IMG/VR virus record: IMGVR_UViG_3300023179_000082
Location: 10,220-74,219 of that record
Length of the DNA stretch: 64,000 nucleotides
Reading direction: 5' to 3' (one strand)
Source: a virus
Part shown: positions 61,529 to 64,000 of the stretch, one piece after another
Layout: every line of letters starts with the position of its first letter
How positions within the stretch are numbered: the stretch's first letter is position 1
The notes under the pieces: generated by a model
Database searches by the model: none
What the model saw: only the letters and a program-made list of their open reading frames with translations
Told to the model about the DNA's origin: nothing
Position numbers and translations under genes: made by a program

Positions 61529-63274
61529 ATGGCAATAAAACCACTCAATTCAATAGTGGGGTATTCGGTTGGTGGTAACACCGTTTCTAATATAATTTTA
61601 GCAAACGGTGATATCACCACAAATAATATTACAGCAACAGGAATAACCAATTTAGGAAATGTTGGCAATGTCGTTATAACAGGTGGCAGCGCAAATTATA
61701 TCCTAAAAACTGATGGAACAGGTAATTTATCATGGACTGCTCCTGCTTCTACTTTAACTGTGTACGAAAGTAACGCTAATGCAGGTAATATTTCTAATAC
61801 CACAGCAAATGTTTCGGGATTATTGTTTGATAAAGATTCAGGATTCTCTGTATCAAATGTTGGAAGTGGTAATGTTTTAATATCATTGGGTAGTACATTT
61901 AAAACATGGGTGGTTACAGGACAGCCAAATCTTGTTGCACAAGCTGAAGATACTGTTCAATTTATCGCAGGTAACAATCTTGTTATAACAACAAGTAATA
62001 CACCTAATCCACCTTCGCAACTTTACAAATATATTCGTTTTGATGCTGATGTACAATATGTAAGTAATGGTAATAGTAACATTGCTATTCCTTCTGCTAA
62101 CGGTAATGTTAATATTTCAGCAGTAGGTAACGCTAACGTTTTAGTTGTTACAGGAACAGGTGTCAATGTTGCAGGTACAGCCAACATATCAGGTAATGCC
62201 AATGTAGGAAATATTGGAGCTACAAATGGTATATTTACCACAGTTGCAGGAACATTGACAACTGCATCACAGCCAAATATTACTTCAGTTGGAACTTTAT
62301 CATCATTATCAGTTAGTGGTAATACAACAAGTGGCAATTTTATAGGAACATTTGCTAACGGAAATAGTAATATTGCAATACCATCTGCAAATGGTAATAT
62401 AAATTTTAGTGCAGCAGGAAATGCTAATGTTTTAGTAATTTCAGGCACAGGGATTAACGTAAATGGTGACAGTTTAATTACGGGAAATTTAACTGTTGAT
62501 GGAAATATTACTTATTTAAACATAGATACATTAGCGGTAGAAGACCCAATAATTCAATTACAAACAGGGGCAAATGGTGCTGCTCCTACTAGTAATTCAG
62601 GAAAAGATGTTGGTACAGGATTAAATTATTATGATACGCAAGCTCGTATTGCTTTTATGGGTTGGGATGTAAGCAATGCAGAATTTGGTATGGCATCCCA
62701 AGCTAGTATATCAAGTGAAATTGTAACATTTAGTACATATGGTAATTTACGTTTAGGTAATTTGATAGGTGCGGTAGCTAATGGCAACAGTAATTTCAAT
62801 ATACCTGCAGCTAATGGGAATATTAATTTAAGCGTAGCAGGTAATTCTAATGTACTAGTAGTTACAGGAACAGGTATTAATGTTTCAGGTACATTAAATG
62901 CAACAGGTAATGCCAATGTAGGTAATATAGGCGTACAACTTGTCACGGCTAATTCACTGATTTCAAATAGATCAAATGTTTCAGTTACAACCAATACCCT
63001 ATTAGATGAGTTCCCCCCTTCCACATATAGAACAGCTAAATATACTATAAGTGCGTCAAGTGATAATGGGTATCAGTCAGTTGAAACACTATTAGTGCAT
63101 GATGGTACGAATTCATATATAACAGTTTATGGAAGTATTTGTAGTAACGTTTCAAGCGACATTCTTGATATCAGTAGTAACATAAATGGCACATCAGGAA
63201 ATGTCACATTGTATGCTACATCAGTTAGTGCAAATACTTTAGTAAAGGTAATAACTATGTATTTAAAAACATAA
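61529..63274 (+). CDS. Asn-rich virion structural protein
   Basis: Three NGNSN(I/F)xIPxANGN(V/I)N repeats, a LAVEDPIIQL motif and a C-terminal YRTAKYTI...LLVHDG domain. Confidence 0.7.
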   Translation: MAIKPLNSIVGYSVGGNTVSNIILANGDITTNNITATGITNLGNVGNVVITGGSANYILKTDGTGNLSWTAPASTLTVYESNANAGNISNTTANVSGLLFDKDSGFSVSNVGSGNVLISLGSTFKTWVVTGQPNLVAQAEDTVQFIAGNNLVITTSNTPNPPSQLYKYIRFDADVQYVSNGNSNIAIPSANGNVNISAVGNANVLVVTGTGVNVAGTANISGNANVGNIGATNGIFTTVAGTLTTASQPNITSVGTLSSLSVSGNTTSGNFIGTFANGNSNIAIPSANGNINFSAAGNANVLVISGTGINVNGDSLITGNLTVDGNITYLNIDTLAVEDPIIQLQTGANGAAPTSNSGKDVGTGLNYYDTQARIAFMGWDVSNAEFGMASQASISSEIVTFSTYGNLRLGNLIGAVANGNSNFNIPAANGNINLSVAGNSNVLVVTGTGINVSGTLNATGNANVGNIGVQLVTANSLISNRSNVSVTTNTLLDEFPPSTYRTAKYTISASSDNGYQSVETLLVHDGTNSYITVYGSICSNVSSDILDISSNINGTSGNVTLYATSVSANTLVKVITMYLKT

Positions 63275-63308
63275 GCACTACAAAGATTAAAACAGGGAAT
63301 ATGGAACT

Positions 63309-64000
63309 GTGGCACTAAAAAACTTTAACGTTAAAAACGGATTAACTACGGGTAATATTACCCTCACTGCAAGCAATAGTAACATTGCAGCACATACTTA
63401 TTTTGGAAATATTGTTGTAAATAGTTCTGCAAATTTAGGTAATGTAGGTAATGTTATCATTACAGGTGGCAGTAATGGACAAGTCCTTTCTACTAATGGT
63501 AGCGGTAATTTAAGTTGGACAACTATTAGCACAAGTTCTATTTCTAATGGAAACAGTAATGTTTCTATACCTGCTGCTAATGGTAATGTTAATATTAGTG
63601 CAGCAGGTAATGCCAATATATTAGTAGTTACAGGTACGGGTGTTAATGTTTCGGGTACATTAAATGTAACAGGTAATGCCAATGTAGGTAATATTGGTAC
63701 AACAGGAATTATCGCTACAGGTGTATCAAATCTTGGAGCAGTTGGTAATGTCATTATCACAGGTGGTAGTAATGGTCAAGTATTAAGCACAAATGGTAGC
63801 GGTAATTTAAGTTGGACAACTATTAGCACAAGTTCTATTTCTAATGGAAACAGCAATGTTGCTATACCTGCTGCAAATGGAAATATTAATTTAAGTGTAG
63901 CAGGTAATGCTAATGTATTAGTTGTTACAGGAACAGGAGTAAATGTTTCGGGTACATTAAATGTAACAGGTAATGCCAATACAGGTAATTTAGGTGTTTC
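63309..64000 (+). CDS. Asn-rich virion structural protein, truncated by the window edge; 99-aa tandem repeat
   Basis: GTG start gives MALKNFNVKNGLTTGNITL, and the frame stays open to 64000. A 297-nt repeat starts at 63444 and 63741. It is absent from the ORF track. Confidence 0.75.
   Translation, partial: MALKNFNVKNGLTTGNITLTASNSNIAAHTYFGNIVVNSSANLGNVGNVIITGGSNGQVLSTNGSGNLSWTTISTSSISNGNSNVSIPAANGNVNISAAGNANILVVTGTGVNVSGTLNVTGNANVGNIGTTGIIATGVSNLGAVGNVIITGGSNGQVLSTNGSGNLSWTTISTSSISNGNSNVAIPAANGNINLSVAGNANVLVVTGTGVNVSGTLNVTGNANTGNLGV

Noticed and set aside
49116-63979. Minus-strand ORFs such as 60243..61121 with repeated KLAVLP/KFAVAKLP
   Set aside because: They mirror the Asn-rich repeats on the coding strand, and their periodicity is inherited from the real gene.
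1-64000. Stop-codon reassignment as in some large phages
   Set aside because: Conserved genes are full length in the standard code, and TAA, TAG and TGA all end genes at expected positions.
1-64000. Persistence of CCWGG as evidence of Dcm protection
   Set aside because: The sites I checked encode Pro-Gly, which cannot avoid CCRG/CYGG, so coding constraint is sufficient. Dcm protection is not excluded but is not needed.
42318-64000. Diversity-generating retroelement or invertible cassette acting on the fibre genes
   Set aside because: There is no reverse transcriptase or recombinase in the window. Repeat copies differ mainly at synonymous sites rather than specifically at adenines.

Overview
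This is an AT-rich segment of a large T4-like (myovirus-type) dsDNA phage genome in the standard genetic code. The host cannot be determined from the window. From left to right: (1) a minus-strand baseplate/hub cluster, including a >3,765-aa virion protein that runs off the left edge and is missing from the ORF track; (2) a plus-strand cassette of late sigma factor (gp55-like), Mre11/Rad50-like gp47/gp46 and a Holliday-junction resolvase; (3) a ~620-bp ORF-free region with phased TTAGGTCT repeats and a candidate large structured RNA; (4) a minus-strand tail/hub assembly chaperone pair joined by a canonical-looking -1 frameshift signal; (5) tape measure protein with a GH73 muramidase; (6) the head module (portal, core, protease, scaffold, major capsid); (7) a nuclease/GNAT-like fusion gene, a LamG-repeat fibre, a fatty-acid desaturase, and >15 kb of very Asn-rich fibre/appendage genes running off the right edge. 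The most notable observations are the candidate structured ncRNA/origin locus (29531-30153), the -1 frameshift cassette (30340-30389), near-complete avoidance of CCRG/CYGG except where a Pro-Gly dipeptide forces it, and apparently leaderless genes behind TAAATA late promoters. All calls are by-eye motif recognition. No searches or folding programs were run.
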